Notes: generated from the letters alone by a model not told the origin. A stretch of DNA of 64,000 bases from an uncultured Candidatus Saccharibacteria bacterium (GCA_964428845.1 CAYRZH010000004.1:3228-67227), one strand, 5' to 3'. Shown: positions 10,560-20,352, counted from the first letter of the stretch. Made by a program: numbers and translations.

Positions 10560-11309
10560 ATGAAACCAGGGAAAAGAAGTTTTGATGAAAATAAAATGTC
10601 AGAACTTTGCCGACTTGCCGAGATAGGCAAGCTTTCCGGTGGGTTCGTCCATGATCTAGCGAACCACGTCTCGGTAATGTCTTTATCAATGGGTTATTTT
10701 GAAGAGAACCTTAGACATGAGAGCGAGAGAATTCGCAGACACACAAAGGAATCCGCTCGAGCACGAAAAAGTATGCAATATTTTGCAGACTCGATAAAAA
10801 GACACATGCGAGGAAAAGATATTCGTTGCTATTTTTCTCCCCACAAAAAACTCAACGATCTGATATTTTTATTCAAGTACCGAGGTGAAAAAGTTGGCGT
10901 TTCTTTAAAAATTGAGGGAGACGAATCAGTAAAGGGAGTACGCTTGTATGGTAGTCGCATACGTTTCAATCAACTTTTTTCCAATCTGATATCAAATGCT
11001 ATTGATTCTTTTGAGGAAACGTCGAAAGAAGATAAGGTTGTAAAAATAACCATTGAAACAAAGAATAAAATGGTTTTTATTCGAGTCTCTGATAATGGTC
11101 GAGGAATGAATGAAGTAACCAAAAAGAAAATTTTCGAACCATTTTTCACAACAAAAAGCTTTGGTAAAGGAGTAGGGCTTGGTCTGTCGACAGCGAAAGA
11201 GATTGCGGAAAAAGATTTTGGTGGATCAATTTTTACAAGAAGCGAGGAAGAAAAAGGGTCAGTGTTTACTGTCTCTATCCCTTTGCCCAATATCGTGAGG
11301 ATAAGATAG
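10560..11309 (+). CDS. Histidine kinase (HisKA + HATPase only, no sensor domain)
   Basis: GFVHDLANH H-box, NLISNAID, DNGRG, FEPFFTTK, GVGLGL. Confidence 0.9.
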   Translation: MKPGKRSFDENKMSELCRLAEIGKLSGGFVHDLANHVSVMSLSMGYFEENLRHESERIRRHTKESARARKSMQYFADSIKRHMRGKDIRCYFSPHKKLNDLIFLFKYRGEKVGVSLKIEGDESVKGVRLYGSRIRFNQLFSNLISNAIDSFEETSKEDKVVKITIETKNKMVFIRVSDNGRGMNEVTKKKIFEPFFTTKSFGKGVGLGLSTAKEIAEKDFGGSIFTRSEEEKGSVFTVSIPLPNIVRIR

Positions 11310-11353
11310 CAAAACACATAAAAACTAAATTTAAAAAAACAAGACTTTTGCAT

Positions 11354-11620
11354 AAAAAAGCCGCGCGCAGCTGTGGAGGCAACCCAGGTCTGCGCGCGGC
11401 GGAGGAGAGTATGAAAGAACTTCGAGTCAGATGTGGGTTCCAAAGCGAGAGGGGCCCGCACAGGAGTTGATGCCGGCCGCCCCTGTGCGGGCCCCGAATC
11501 GACCGTGCGAGAAGCAGAGCCCCCACACGATCTCGGAGAGGAACCTCAAGAAAAAAGGGTCGCGCGCGGAAGCTGTGAGGACAACTACGCGCGACCCAGA
11601 GAGATCTGTATCACGAATCT
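11354..11620 (-). ncRNA. Candidate structured small RNA (three long GC-rich hairpins)
   Basis: TTGACA..TATCCT promoter-like boxes at ~11627-11656 (minus); stems GGGTCGCGCG/CGCGCGACCC, GGGGCCCGCACAGG/CCTGTGCGGGCCCC, GCCGCGCGCAG/CTGCGCGCGGC+T6. Confidence 0.45.
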
Positions 11621-11700
11621 ATTACAAGGATAGACCGGCCGGGTATTAATTGTCAACAAAGTTATTCGACCGAGCAAATAAGGTGTTACCGATCTTAATA

Positions 11701-12156
11701 CTATGGCTTTTTATATATCTCCTTACTTAAGTAGCGCTCTATCACTTTTCTGCTCGGAGGGAAAAGTGGTTCTGGGAGAGAGTCTAGAGAAAACCATTTC
11801 CATTCGGTAATTTCGTCCGGCTCTTTCACCTCCGGTTCGCTAACTTTTTTCGTATAAAGTAAACCTACCGTGACGAAGTGTGCATCGGGAACTATATCAT
11901 TTGTGAGACTAACAAGAGTCAGATCCTTGGGGTCAATCCGTATTCCAGTTTCTTCGAAGAGTTCTCTGACTGCCCCGTCTTCGAAGCCCTCACCGAAGTC
12001 GAGCTTACCACCAGGCATAGTCCATGTCCCCTCTCCATGCATGGCGCTGTCGGCTTTTTCTGGATCTGGATGGCGTCGTCCGAGAAGAACATTATTATCG
12101 TTTAAGACCATCACTCCAAAACCAATTCCCATTTTTTTCGGCTTTTCCATACACAA
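11701..12156 (-). CDS. NUDIX hydrolase
   Basis: Nudix box GGKLDFGEGFEDGAVRELFEETGI. Confidence 0.92.
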   Translation of the reverse strand: MCMEKPKKMGIGFGVMVLNDNNVLLGRRHPDPEKADSAMHGEGTWTMPGGKLDFGEGFEDGAVRELFEETGIRIDPKDLTLVSLTNDIVPDAHFVTVGLLYTKKVSEPEVKEPDEITEWKWFSLDSLPEPLFPPSRKVIERYLSKEIYKKP

Positions 12157-12257
12157 AAGTATAACAGACCGGCAATCTCAATCCTTGTAAAAACAAAACC
12201 GCCCGGTGGCCGGGCGGCTCGTAGTCTTGATCGTAGATATTTGAAGTTAGTAGAAGT

Positions 12258-12425
12258 CTAGTAGTACGAGTAGGTAGGCTTCCGGAGTACCACATCGGGC
12301 TCACCGCCCTTGCGGATCACTCTGTCCACCAGTCGGCGATTGAGTCGGCGACGCTGCAACTTGAGCGATTTGCGAAACCCTGGGCACCTTTCGTGCCGAT
12401 TGATCTTTACCCTCGACAAACCCAT
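12258..12425 (-). CDS. Small basic hypothetical protein
   Basis: AGGAG SD before ATG; Arg/Lys-rich 55 aa; followed by hairpin terminator at ~12198-12218. Confidence 0.55.
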   Translation of the reverse strand: MGLSRVKINRHERCPGFRKSLKLQRRRLNRRLVDRVIRKGGEPDVVLRKPTYSYY

Positions 12426-12511
12426 GGTTTTTCTCCTATGAGATTGGCTCTCAAATCGTACCTCGATCTGGGATAATAACATCCTTGAAAATAAAGTCAA
12501 GTGGTCCGATT

Positions 12512-13000
12512 TTATACAAATACTCTACCACCAATCCCCTGCTTCCATAAAATCTCCTCTATTTTTCTTTTCCCTTCAAAATCAAGATCGTGTTCGACTG
12601 GTACTTTCGATTTAGAATTGTTGCTGATTGTTTTCCCTTCACCGACATAAAAACCTACGTGCCTATGACCACTAGAATCCAGTGATTCTCCCCAAAGGAT
12701 CACACTGCCCACGACTGGTTTATCGATGACTACCCATCCAGACTCTTTCATATCTTTTAGAGTGCCGTTCACGGTGGCGTGTATGCCTTTTATATATCCA
12801 AACATATGAAGAACCGCCGAGACGAAAAACGCACATGATAGATTTCCGTCTTCTGTCGCATCTATTTTCTTTCCCTCGAGATCTATGAAGAGATTGCGAA
12901 ACATATTGGACCCAACACTGTTTTTTATAACAGAAATATATGTATCAAAAGGGAGAGGGTTGGGTTTGACTTTTGGTGTTGAAGGAAGTTTTTCGGTCAT
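12512..13000 (-). CDS. Hypothetical protein, possible NlpC/P60/CHAP-like fold
   Basis: SCAFFVS and HRHVGFY resemble the Cys/His catalytic pair. Confidence 0.55.
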   Translation of the reverse strand: MTEKLPSTPKVKPNPLPFDTYISVIKNSVGSNMFRNLFIDLEGKKIDATEDGNLSCAFFVSAVLHMFGYIKGIHATVNGTLKDMKESGWVVIDKPVVGSVILWGESLDSSGHRHVGFYVGEGKTISNNSKSKVPVEHDLDFEGKRKIEEILWKQGIGGRVFV

Positions 13001-13020
13001 GAGGCTATTTTAACATGCAA

Positions 13021-13388
13021 GAAAAAAGAGGGTGGCCTGGTTACCACCCCCGATCAGTCGACTCGGGACAAATGCCCGTTCTTCTCGGACAGTCTACGTG
13101 CCCGTGGGCAACACCCACCCGTTGTTTTCACATGGAGCATTGGCAAATCGTAGAGTTTGCGAAACTCCATGGATGCTGGCATTCATGTTCCTGGGGGTAC
13201 AACGGCAATTCCGTTCCTGCAACTTAGGCCTACTGGTCTGGAGGCTGTCTGCAGGACATTTCCAAGAACACTCGTCCCCTTCCCCAGATTTCTATTGTTT
13301 AACCTGAAGAAATCCGTTGGGGATCATCCTATTGGGCATCCCAGGTTCGTCAGGTTCCCTTCTTCTTGCCCATGAGCACCTCCTTTCT
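13021..13388 (-). ncRNA. Candidate ~370-nt structured RNA with a 7-codon leader ORF
   Basis: TTGTCC-17-TATTAT (with TG extension) at 13395-13423; AAGGAGG + ATG GGC AAG AAG AAG GGA ACC TGA; nested stems; GC hairpin + T6 terminator. Confidence 0.4.
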
Positions 13389-13441
13389 GAGTTAATAATA
13401 GCATTGGTGAAATTTTGGGACAAAGAAAAAGAAGGCTTTTC

Positions 13442-14104
13442 TTATTTATTAAACACCAACCACTCCCCTTCGCTGACAACCTCCACATTTCCATCCTGCA
13501 CCTTTAGCGCAGACCGGTCATCCAGAGCGTAGATGGGTTTATTGATTTCCTTCGCTACTTCTTCGATAAATTCTTTTCTAATGTTCGGAAAGTGGGGCGA
13601 ATTGAGATGGGGTCTCACATAAAAATCGACTAGGTCGAGAGCCTTCTCATCCGCGTAACCAAAAGTTTTTTCGTAATATAGCTTTTTATCTTTACTGCTC
13701 AGGGTGAGTGTTGGATTTGTAACGATACTTCCCGCGCTGATACCCGCATACACTCTTGTCTTCAAAAGCTCTCTCAGGATCTGCTCGAGGCCGGATTTTT
13801 TCAACCAATTCATTAAATGAAAAGTGCTTCCGCCGGAGAAAAATAGGACGTCAGATGCCTCTAGCCTCGGCCGCCAAACCTCCACCGGAAGTGCAGAAAT
13901 ATCTATAATATCAACCACTTTGCATTTCTGTTTTTTTATATTAGAGAGGTCATCAATAAACCAACTCTTGTCACCCTTACCAACATTCATCGCGGTTGGT
14001 ATAAAAGCAATCGTCGTTTCAGAAGCAGGCTTGCCGACCAGATCAAAAAGAGCTTTTGCAATCGACTGATTGGATAATCCATTTGATGTTAAGAGAAATT
14101 TCAT
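13442..14104 (-). CDS. Peptidase E (S51) / type 1 glutamine amidotransferase-like
   Basis: MKFLLTSNG, FIPTA, FSGGST, YAGISAGS nucleophile elbow, RPHLNS. Confidence 0.88.
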   Translation of the reverse strand: MKFLLTSNGLSNQSIAKALFDLVGKPASETTIAFIPTAMNVGKGDKSWFIDDLSNIKKQKCKVVDIIDISALPVEVWRPRLEASDVLFFSGGSTFHLMNWLKKSGLEQILRELLKTRVYAGISAGSIVTNPTLTLSSKDKKLYYEKTFGYADEKALDLVDFYVRPHLNSPHFPNIRKEFIEEVAKEINKPIYALDDRSALKVQDGNVEVVSEGEWLVFNK

Positions 14105-14121
14105 GGGCTCATTATATAAAA

Positions 14122-15885
14122 TCACGACACAAAACCATTTTTCTGCTGATCCCACATTTTCTTGAATATTCCTGAAGAACTCTTGAGAAGTTCCTGTGGA
14201 TTTCCATTTTCCACCACAACCCCATTTTCTAAAACGACAATTCGATCCATTGCCTTAAGAGTGGAAAGGCGATGTGCGATAGCGATCACAGTACGACCGG
14301 CAAAAAGACTTGTCAGGGCTTCCTGTATGAAGTTTTCACTTTCAGTATCAAGGGAACTTGTAGCTTCGTCCAAAATCAAAATTGGGGCATTTTTAAGTAT
14401 GGCCCTGGCCAGAGCGATGCGTTGTCGCTGACCACCTGAGAGCTTTATTCCTCTTTCTCCCACCTTAGTATCATACCCTTGAGGAAGATCTTTTATAAAT
14501 TCGTGAGCATTGGATTTTTTACTAGCTTCCATAACCTGTTCATTCGTTGCATCAATTTTTGCGTATTTAATATTTTCAAAAAGACTGCGGTGAAAAAGTG
14601 AGGTGTCTTGGGGAACGTAGGATATTAACCCGTGAAAGACATTTAGATCAAAGTCTTGAATTGGAATACCCCCGATAGCAATACTTCCTGCGCTATAGGC
14701 ATGCTGCCTGAGCAATAATTTGACAAGGGTACTCTTCCCCACTCCAGAGGCACCGACAATTCCAACCCTCTCCCCATCTCTCACAGACAAAGAAAAATCT
14801 CTAAACACAGGGAGATGAGTTTTTGGATATTGGAAATTTACATTTTTAAATTCCACAGAATATTTTTGTTCTGGAATATCCGATACATTTCCACCAAGGA
14901 GATACTCCTGTCGTTCCCGTAAATGACCGATAGCATCAGATAGAGTACCGTATTGCCGAGAAGTTCCCATAACAATTTCGCCAAATGACCAGATAGTACC
15001 CACAAGAGATGGAATAACAGCAGAAACTAAGACAAAATCACCTACAGAAAATTTGCCTTCGACAAACAAAACAATACTTACAAAGACAAGAGAAGTTCCT
15101 AAGAGCACCAAACTTATACCGTTTTGAAACTTATCCAGAACAGAGACCCATCTCATCTTTCTTTCGGCCCTTACAACCTCTCCTGTTACCTCCTGGTTTC
15201 TGGACTCCTCATGAGAAATCCCCCCGAATGACTGGACTAACGAGATATTACTCAGAGTGTCAACAATATTCCCACTGAAATGTGCGTGAGTTGTCGCTAC
15301 TTTTTCAGAGGTTTTCCGGTGCCAGACCAATATGGGTACCGAGGACAAAATAAAAAAGGCCGACCACGCAAGAAAGGTTAAAAAAATATAACGGTGAGTA
15401 GAGCTCAGGACAATAGCAGCCATAATCAGTGACATAAAAACCCACCCGGCGCCCCAACAGGTTGACTCGATAAAATAGACAGCAGACGAACTTGCTTGTT
15501 CGATACGTCTCCCCAAATCACCCGAAAACTTATTCTCGAAGTAAGAGGTTGGTCTTTTGATCAAACCTTTATACAAAGATGTCGACAAATGTCTAAAAAC
15601 ATCTGGGACAAGATAGGTTTCGATGATATGACCGGTTCTAAAAAACAACTCTTGAAGTAAAAGTGCCAAAACGAGCAGGAGGAAAGGGCTGAATAGATCC
15701 GAAAAAGATACTAGTCCAGAATTTTCTACAACTTTATCGACTACAACCTTCAGAAAAAGAGGTAGAGAATATGCCATCACATTCCCCAAGATTATCAGGA
15801 CAAGCATTGCAAAAAACCTCTTTTTATACGGAGCTAGGGCAAAGACAAAAGTTTTTAAGGGAGACTCTAGGTAATTATTTTTCAT
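14122..15885 (-). CDS. ABC exporter, fused permease/ATP-binding protein
   Basis: 6 TM + GASGVGKST, LSGGQRQR, ILDEATS. Confidence 0.93.
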   Translation of the reverse strand: MKNNYLESPLKTFVFALAPYKKRFFAMLVLIILGNVMAYSLPLFLKVVVDKVVENSGLVSFSDLFSPFLLLVLALLLQELFFRTGHIIETYLVPDVFRHLSTSLYKGLIKRPTSYFENKFSGDLGRRIEQASSSAVYFIESTCWGAGWVFMSLIMAAIVLSSTHRYIFLTFLAWSAFFILSSVPILVWHRKTSEKVATTHAHFSGNIVDTLSNISLVQSFGGISHEESRNQEVTGEVVRAERKMRWVSVLDKFQNGISLVLLGTSLVFVSIVLFVEGKFSVGDFVLVSAVIPSLVGTIWSFGEIVMGTSRQYGTLSDAIGHLRERQEYLLGGNVSDIPEQKYSVEFKNVNFQYPKTHLPVFRDFSLSVRDGERVGIVGASGVGKSTLVKLLLRQHAYSAGSIAIGGIPIQDFDLNVFHGLISYVPQDTSLFHRSLFENIKYAKIDATNEQVMEASKKSNAHEFIKDLPQGYDTKVGERGIKLSGGQRQRIALARAILKNAPILILDEATSSLDTESENFIQEALTSLFAGRTVIAIAHRLSTLKAMDRIVVLENGVVVENGNPQELLKSSSGIFKKMWDQQKNGFVS

Positions 15886-15963
15886 GACGTGATAGAAGGA
15901 TTATATCAAAGGATCCCCTCCATACCCATGAAAAAACGGGGTCAATTTTTTTACTTCACTTTA

Positions 15964-16389
15964 CTATCTTCCCTTCACCTCAAAGAAAAACAAATACTCC
16001 GCCGGCTCGATCTTCACACCAGCTCGCGTCGTTGGTTCAGTTGCAACCAGGGTTATCTGTTCCACTTCAGTGGTGATCGGCATACCAAGCTGAAATATTT
16101 GCTCCACTGGACCCGATCCGAGCCCACTTTCGAGCATCGCTCGCACTCGCACGGTGCCCGCCTGAATACAGAAAACATCTAACGGACAACGACTATCTTC
16201 AATGACCTCCTTAGGGGTTATTTTCACCCCAAGCGCGCGGCCAGTCTCGCCGAGATTGAGCTCGAGCAGGCCATTCTCGTTAAGTTGCGAGGGGATCGTG
16301 CCAGGACTCGGACCTAGACTCTGCACAACCACATAAAGGACCGCGACGATCAGAAAGATAACCAAAACAAGCCAAAATATTTTTTTCAT
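15964..16389 (-). CDS. Hypothetical membrane-anchored protein
   Basis: N-terminal TM; EDSRCP..VFCIQAG motif. Confidence 0.75.
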   Translation of the reverse strand: MKKIFWLVLVIFLIVAVLYVVVQSLGPSPGTIPSQLNENGLLELNLGETGRALGVKITPKEVIEDSRCPLDVFCIQAGTVRVRAMLESGLGSGPVEQIFQLGMPITTEVEQITLVATEPTTRAGVKIEPAEYLFFFEVKGR

Positions 16390-16495
16390 ATGGTTATGAT
16401 ATCAGTTAAATTGTTTGCCAAATACACTGATTTAGACACAAAAAAGGCGCTCGACTTGCGGGCGCCCAGGAGTTACGGGATATAAAGAAGATTTC

Positions 16496-16741
16496 CTAGT
16501 CGATCAATTCTGCCAGACGATCTTCGATCTCAATGCACCCGTAACCTACCGCCCAAAAAAATGCCGCAATCACAACCATAAGCAGTGAATGGGAGATTGG
16601 GGCGAGGCCGCCTACCCAGAGACGAAACCCGATAGACAGAGCCACACCAGCGCCCACGAATCCTCCGATCATTGCAATCACGACTATTACGTAAATGGCG
16701 CAGTCCGCAAGATCCTTAAACCAATCAAAAAGACAGGTCAT
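16496..16741 (-). CDS. Small hypothetical membrane protein
   Basis: Two hydrophobic helices; GAAAGGA upstream. Confidence 0.55.
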   Translation of the reverse strand: MTCLFDWFKDLADCAIYVIVVIAMIGGFVGAGVALSIGFRLWVGGLAPISHSLLMVVIAAFFWAVGYGCIEIEDRLAELID

Positions 16742-16912
16742 TTTATTATCCTTTCTCTGGGGGATTATACGGGCGGAGGGGAAAGAAGCAAATAGCCCCC
16801 AGACAAGCCTTTTTTGGCTCCCTTGACAACCTTATCCCAATATGCTACTCTTAAACGCGACGGCAGGCTCGTGGCTTGTCGTCATTTCAGTCTCAAATGA
16901 AAGGAAGAGTGC

Positions 16913-17584
16913 ATGAAGAGTCTCTGCCCCATCCTGGCTCTGGCCTGTCTTTCCACCCTGTCCGCGCTCCCCGCCCCGGCGAACGCCCAGTCAAACCAGT
17001 TCTCGACTTCCTCACAGTTCGCCGTCGACCCGAGCTTCAACTCGGGGATGGCGAGTGGTTCCGGCGGTGGCTCGAACGCCATCGTCATGAACCTCTCCTC
17101 GAACACCGATCTCTACATCGACCCGATCGCCGAGGAGGCCTACCTGAACGCCAGCGTGTACGTGAGCGGCGTCTGGGGCAACGTCTCGACGGTGAGCCCG
17201 TACTACAGCCACCTGGAGTACCCGGGGCTCACGACCTACAGCTCGCTCGCTCTGACGACTGTGAAGTGGAACGGCACCTTCTTCGAGTTCGATAACCCGG
17301 TGGAGCTGAACCTGAACGGGTTCGCCGGCTTGAGTCGCGATCCCGAACACACCTGGCTCTATGGGTATTCCTACGCGAATGCCTACGGTGAGGGTGCGAT
17401 CCCGATCGATTCGTCGAGCTGGTACCACATCTACGAGCCCGGGCACCCGAACTGGCTCCCGGACTGGGAAGTCACGTTCACCTCGCGGTGGCTCGTGACG
17501 GAGAGCTTCGGCCCGATTCCGACGCCCGGCTCGCTCTGCCTTCTGGGCCTCGGCGGTCTCGTGGCGCTGCGCCGGCGCCGCTGA
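16913..17584 (+). CDS. Secreted protein with PEP-CTERM-like sorting signal, GC-rich
   Basis: Signal peptide; C-terminal PIPTPGSLCLLGLGGLVALRRRR; TTGACA promoter at ~16823 and terminator at ~17629-17663. Confidence 0.8.
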   Translation: MKSLCPILALACLSTLSALPAPANAQSNQFSTSSQFAVDPSFNSGMASGSGGGSNAIVMNLSSNTDLYIDPIAEEAYLNASVYVSGVWGNVSTVSPYYSHLEYPGLTTYSSLALTTVKWNGTFFEFDNPVELNLNGFAGLSRDPEHTWLYGYSYANAYGEGAIPIDSSSWYHIYEPGHPNWLPDWEVTFTSRWLVTESFGPIPTPGSLCLLGLGGLVALRRRR

Positions 17585-17680
17585 CTCCAGCCAAGTTCTC
17601 ACAAGTTTCGAATACCTGATCTTTTCGAGGCCCTCCGCGCACAGCGTGGGGGGCTTTTTTCTTTTAAAATGTAGACTTCG

Positions 17681-18472
17681 TTACGATAACAATACTCCAC
17701 CGTCGACCACGATCTGCGAACCAGTCATATAGCTAGAAAGATCAGAGGCAAGGAATAGGGCTGCCCGACCGATATCATCCGATTCCCCCATGCGCTTCAT
17801 GGGGATTTTTTCCATAAATTTTTTCAAAATAGCTTCTATTTCGGGTGTTGCTGGTGCACCAGCTCCGGTACCAGGTGTACTGATTCCACCAGGAGCGATA
17901 GCATTCACTTGAATATGATGAGGAGCAAGCTCGAGAGCAGTATTTTTTGTAAACCCCCAGAGACCGTGTTTGGAAGCGTCGTACACGGCAAGGCCAACTG
18001 ATGAAGGATGAAGTGCGTCAATAGATGTAATATTGATGATTTTTCCGCCCCGATTCTGCTTTATCATCACCTCCCCTGCCGCCCTGGTGAACAAAAACAC
18101 ACTTTTCAAGTTGACCGCCAATACTTTCTCAAAATCAGCTGGGGTCATCTTCATGACGGGTACTATGGGATAAATACCAGCATTGTTGACGAGAATATCC
18201 AAGCCACCATACGTTTTCACCGCAAGACCAGTCGCCGCACTTACATCAGCCTCCTCCGCAACATTAGTTTTTATAAATGTAGCCTTATAACCACGGTCAT
18301 TTAGTTGGGCGGCAGCTTTATTGCCGACCTCTTCATTGATATCAGCAATAACAACATTGGCTCCCGCCTCGGCCAGACGATAAGCGATACCGAAGCCAAT
18401 GCCCATAGCGCCACCTGTGACGATCGCCGTTTTATTTTTGAGACTTATGAGCTGTGCGATTGGTGTTTCCAT
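17681..18472 (-). CDS. Short-chain dehydrogenase/reductase (SDR)
   Basis: TGGAMGIG, NNAG, YDASK, VDGG. Confidence 0.93.
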   Translation of the reverse strand: METPIAQLISLKNKTAIVTGGAMGIGFGIAYRLAEAGANVVIADINEEVGNKAAAQLNDRGYKATFIKTNVAEEADVSAATGLAVKTYGGLDILVNNAGIYPIVPVMKMTPADFEKVLAVNLKSVFLFTRAAGEVMIKQNRGGKIINITSIDALHPSSVGLAVYDASKHGLWGFTKNTALELAPHHIQVNAIAPGGISTPGTGAGAPATPEIEAILKKFMEKIPMKRMGESDDIGRAALFLASDLSSYMTGSQIVVDGGVLLS

Positions 18473-18525
18473 TTTTATAATTATTTAACTATTAAATTAT
18501 CGGATTATTTTTAATCATTATTTAA

Positions 18526-18918
18526 TTATTCAGTGGTTTTGCCGTCGAAATGCTCTGTATCAGCCTCTGCGGCAGCCTTTGTCTTATGGATCACCCCGTC
18601 ATGGTGATGGGGTGGCATATAGAGAGTGTAAAGTTTCATGGGCGCTTCCCCGGTATTGATGATGTTGTGCTTCGTCCCCGCCGGCACCACAACAACGCTT
18701 CCATCTGTTATATCGTGGCTAACCCCACTCAAAATCGCTCTTCCCAACCCTCTCTCTACACGGAAAAACTGGTCCACATCATGCACCTCCTCACCGATCT
18801 CTTCATTGGGCAGGAGCGACATCAGGACAAGCTGGCTACTCTTGCTAGTGTATAAAACTCGCCGAAAATTATTGTTTTCAAGCGACATTTTTTCAATATT
18901 TGTCACATAACCTTTCAT
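18526..18918 (-). CDS. Cupin domain protein
   Basis: EIGEEVH..DQFFRVE..G and VPAGTKHNIIN cupin motifs. Confidence 0.9.
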   Translation of the reverse strand: MKGYVTNIEKMSLENNNFRRVLYTSKSSQLVLMSLLPNEEIGEEVHDVDQFFRVERGLGRAILSGVSHDITDGSVVVVPAGTKHNIINTGEAPMKLYTLYMPPHHHDGVIHKTKAAAEADTEHFDGKTTE

Positions 18919-19009
18919 GGGTATATTCTAGCAAAAACAAATAAAAAAAGGGGTGTATGAGTGTTATTTATTTCACTTGTTCTGTCTGGCCTTCTTTAGT
19001 TTTCATAGA

Positions 19010-19507
19010 TCAGAGCTTGTACTCCTTTATATACTTTTCGACTGCTTCAATATCAACTAGCTGATGGTCTCCGTCTAGCTCTTTTTTATATGCAACCAGA
19101 TCACGTGGATGCAGGAGCACGACGTCGATCCCCTCAACATCCATATGCACGGGCTCAAATTTACGGTAATGATCCTTTGGCATTAGCTATTCGGTTTCCT
19201 CTTTATTGCTCATGCGTAAAGTATCTACATCAGTGATGTCGAACTCCTGTCCTTCGTACTCGAGACTTAATATGTCGCAGTCCCATTTCCCATCCAAATA
19301 ATGCTGAGGGCCGAACGTAATATATTTTGAAATTTCTGGCAAGATTGCGGGTAAATATTTACCCGGCATGGAGATGTCGATATCGTTTAGGGGACGCGGC
19401 GAGCCGTATATTTTTGCAGCAAAACCACCTCCAATCCGATATGGGACTTTGTGCTTATCCAAAATTCCAACAATCCAGCGGAGGGCTTCTTTATGTTTAT
19501 TTTCCAT
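19010..19507 (-). pseudogene. Nucleotidyltransferase-like gene interrupted by an in-frame TAG at 19187-19189
   Basis: IGGGFAAKIYGSPRPLNDIDI motif; after the TAG the same frame continues (LMPKDHYRKFEP...LVAYKKEL...DIEAVEKYIKEYKL) to TGA at 19010. Confidence 0.7.
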
Positions 19508-19691
19508 ATATTAATTATGTAGCAGAAGCACACTGCTGTATACCAACACTATTTGAGCGAGAGAACACATCACGAGTTGGCTGGGGTGCTTGGACCAAGT
19601 TAGAACTATTATTTTAGAGGGCAGAACGCATTTTGCTTACCGAAAAGATTTAGCTTTTATTTAATCCAACCCCTATTACAACTATATTTTC

Positions 19692-20336
19692 TCAAATTTT
19701 CTCCAGATAAGAAATGAGTACATCTATGCTCTCATGAAGCACCTTTACTAACATCCGAGCATTCAGAGACCTTATCTCTTTTTTCTTACCCCCATCCTCG
19801 ACCCAAGGCACATTTAATATGGTCATGTGATCTAAGTTTGATCCTCCACGCCGAACCATAGTCCATTCCGTATTGCTATCCTTTTCGTGTAGCACATTAT
19901 TCCTATACCTAAAGGCCTCATGCATATATATCACCTTTCCTCCACATGAAGCCCAAAACCTCTTAAAATCATCGGGCTGACTCTCCAGATTTTTTGACAC
20001 TGTTTCTACAAAAACACCTATCTTTGTCCAATTTATTTTAAGTGTTGAAGAAATAAATAGTGAAGCTATATACAAGAAAGATTCAGAAAACACTCTACCG
20101 AAGACATACATAGATTTTAGATCCAGACCTAGTTGAGTTATATCTTTATCTAGATCAGCTTTTTCAATCCTATTCCAAATTATTTCTAAATAATGCCAAT
20201 CCTTTAGAAGAACACTGAATTGCTTGTTAAATTTGTTTTCTTTATGGACTCTGTGGCTCTTATTGGAGTTGATTTGTGCTTCAAATCTTCTTATTCTTTC
20301 ATGCAAAGCCTTGATCTCATTCATATATTTTAACAA
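19692..20336 (-). CDS. Hypothetical protein with HEPN-like RxxxxH motif
   Basis: Helical, AT-rich; FRYRNNVLHE. Confidence 0.55.
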   Translation of the reverse strand: MLKYMNEIKALHERIRRFEAQINSNKSHRVHKENKFNKQFSVLLKDWHYLEIIWNRIEKADLDKDITQLGLDLKSMYVFGRVFSESFLYIASLFISSTLKINWTKIGVFVETVSKNLESQPDDFKRFWASCGGKVIYMHEAFRYRNNVLHEKDSNTEWTMVRRGGSNLDHMTILNVPWVEDGGKKKEIRSLNARMLVKVLHESIDVLISYLEKI

Positions 20337-20352
20337 CCAAAATCCTAGAATG

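Noticed and set aside
11354-11620. RNase P RNA or SRP RNA
   Set aside because: No GAGGAAAGUCC or GGAA/AGCAG domain-IV signature found on either strand; kept only as an unassigned candidate.
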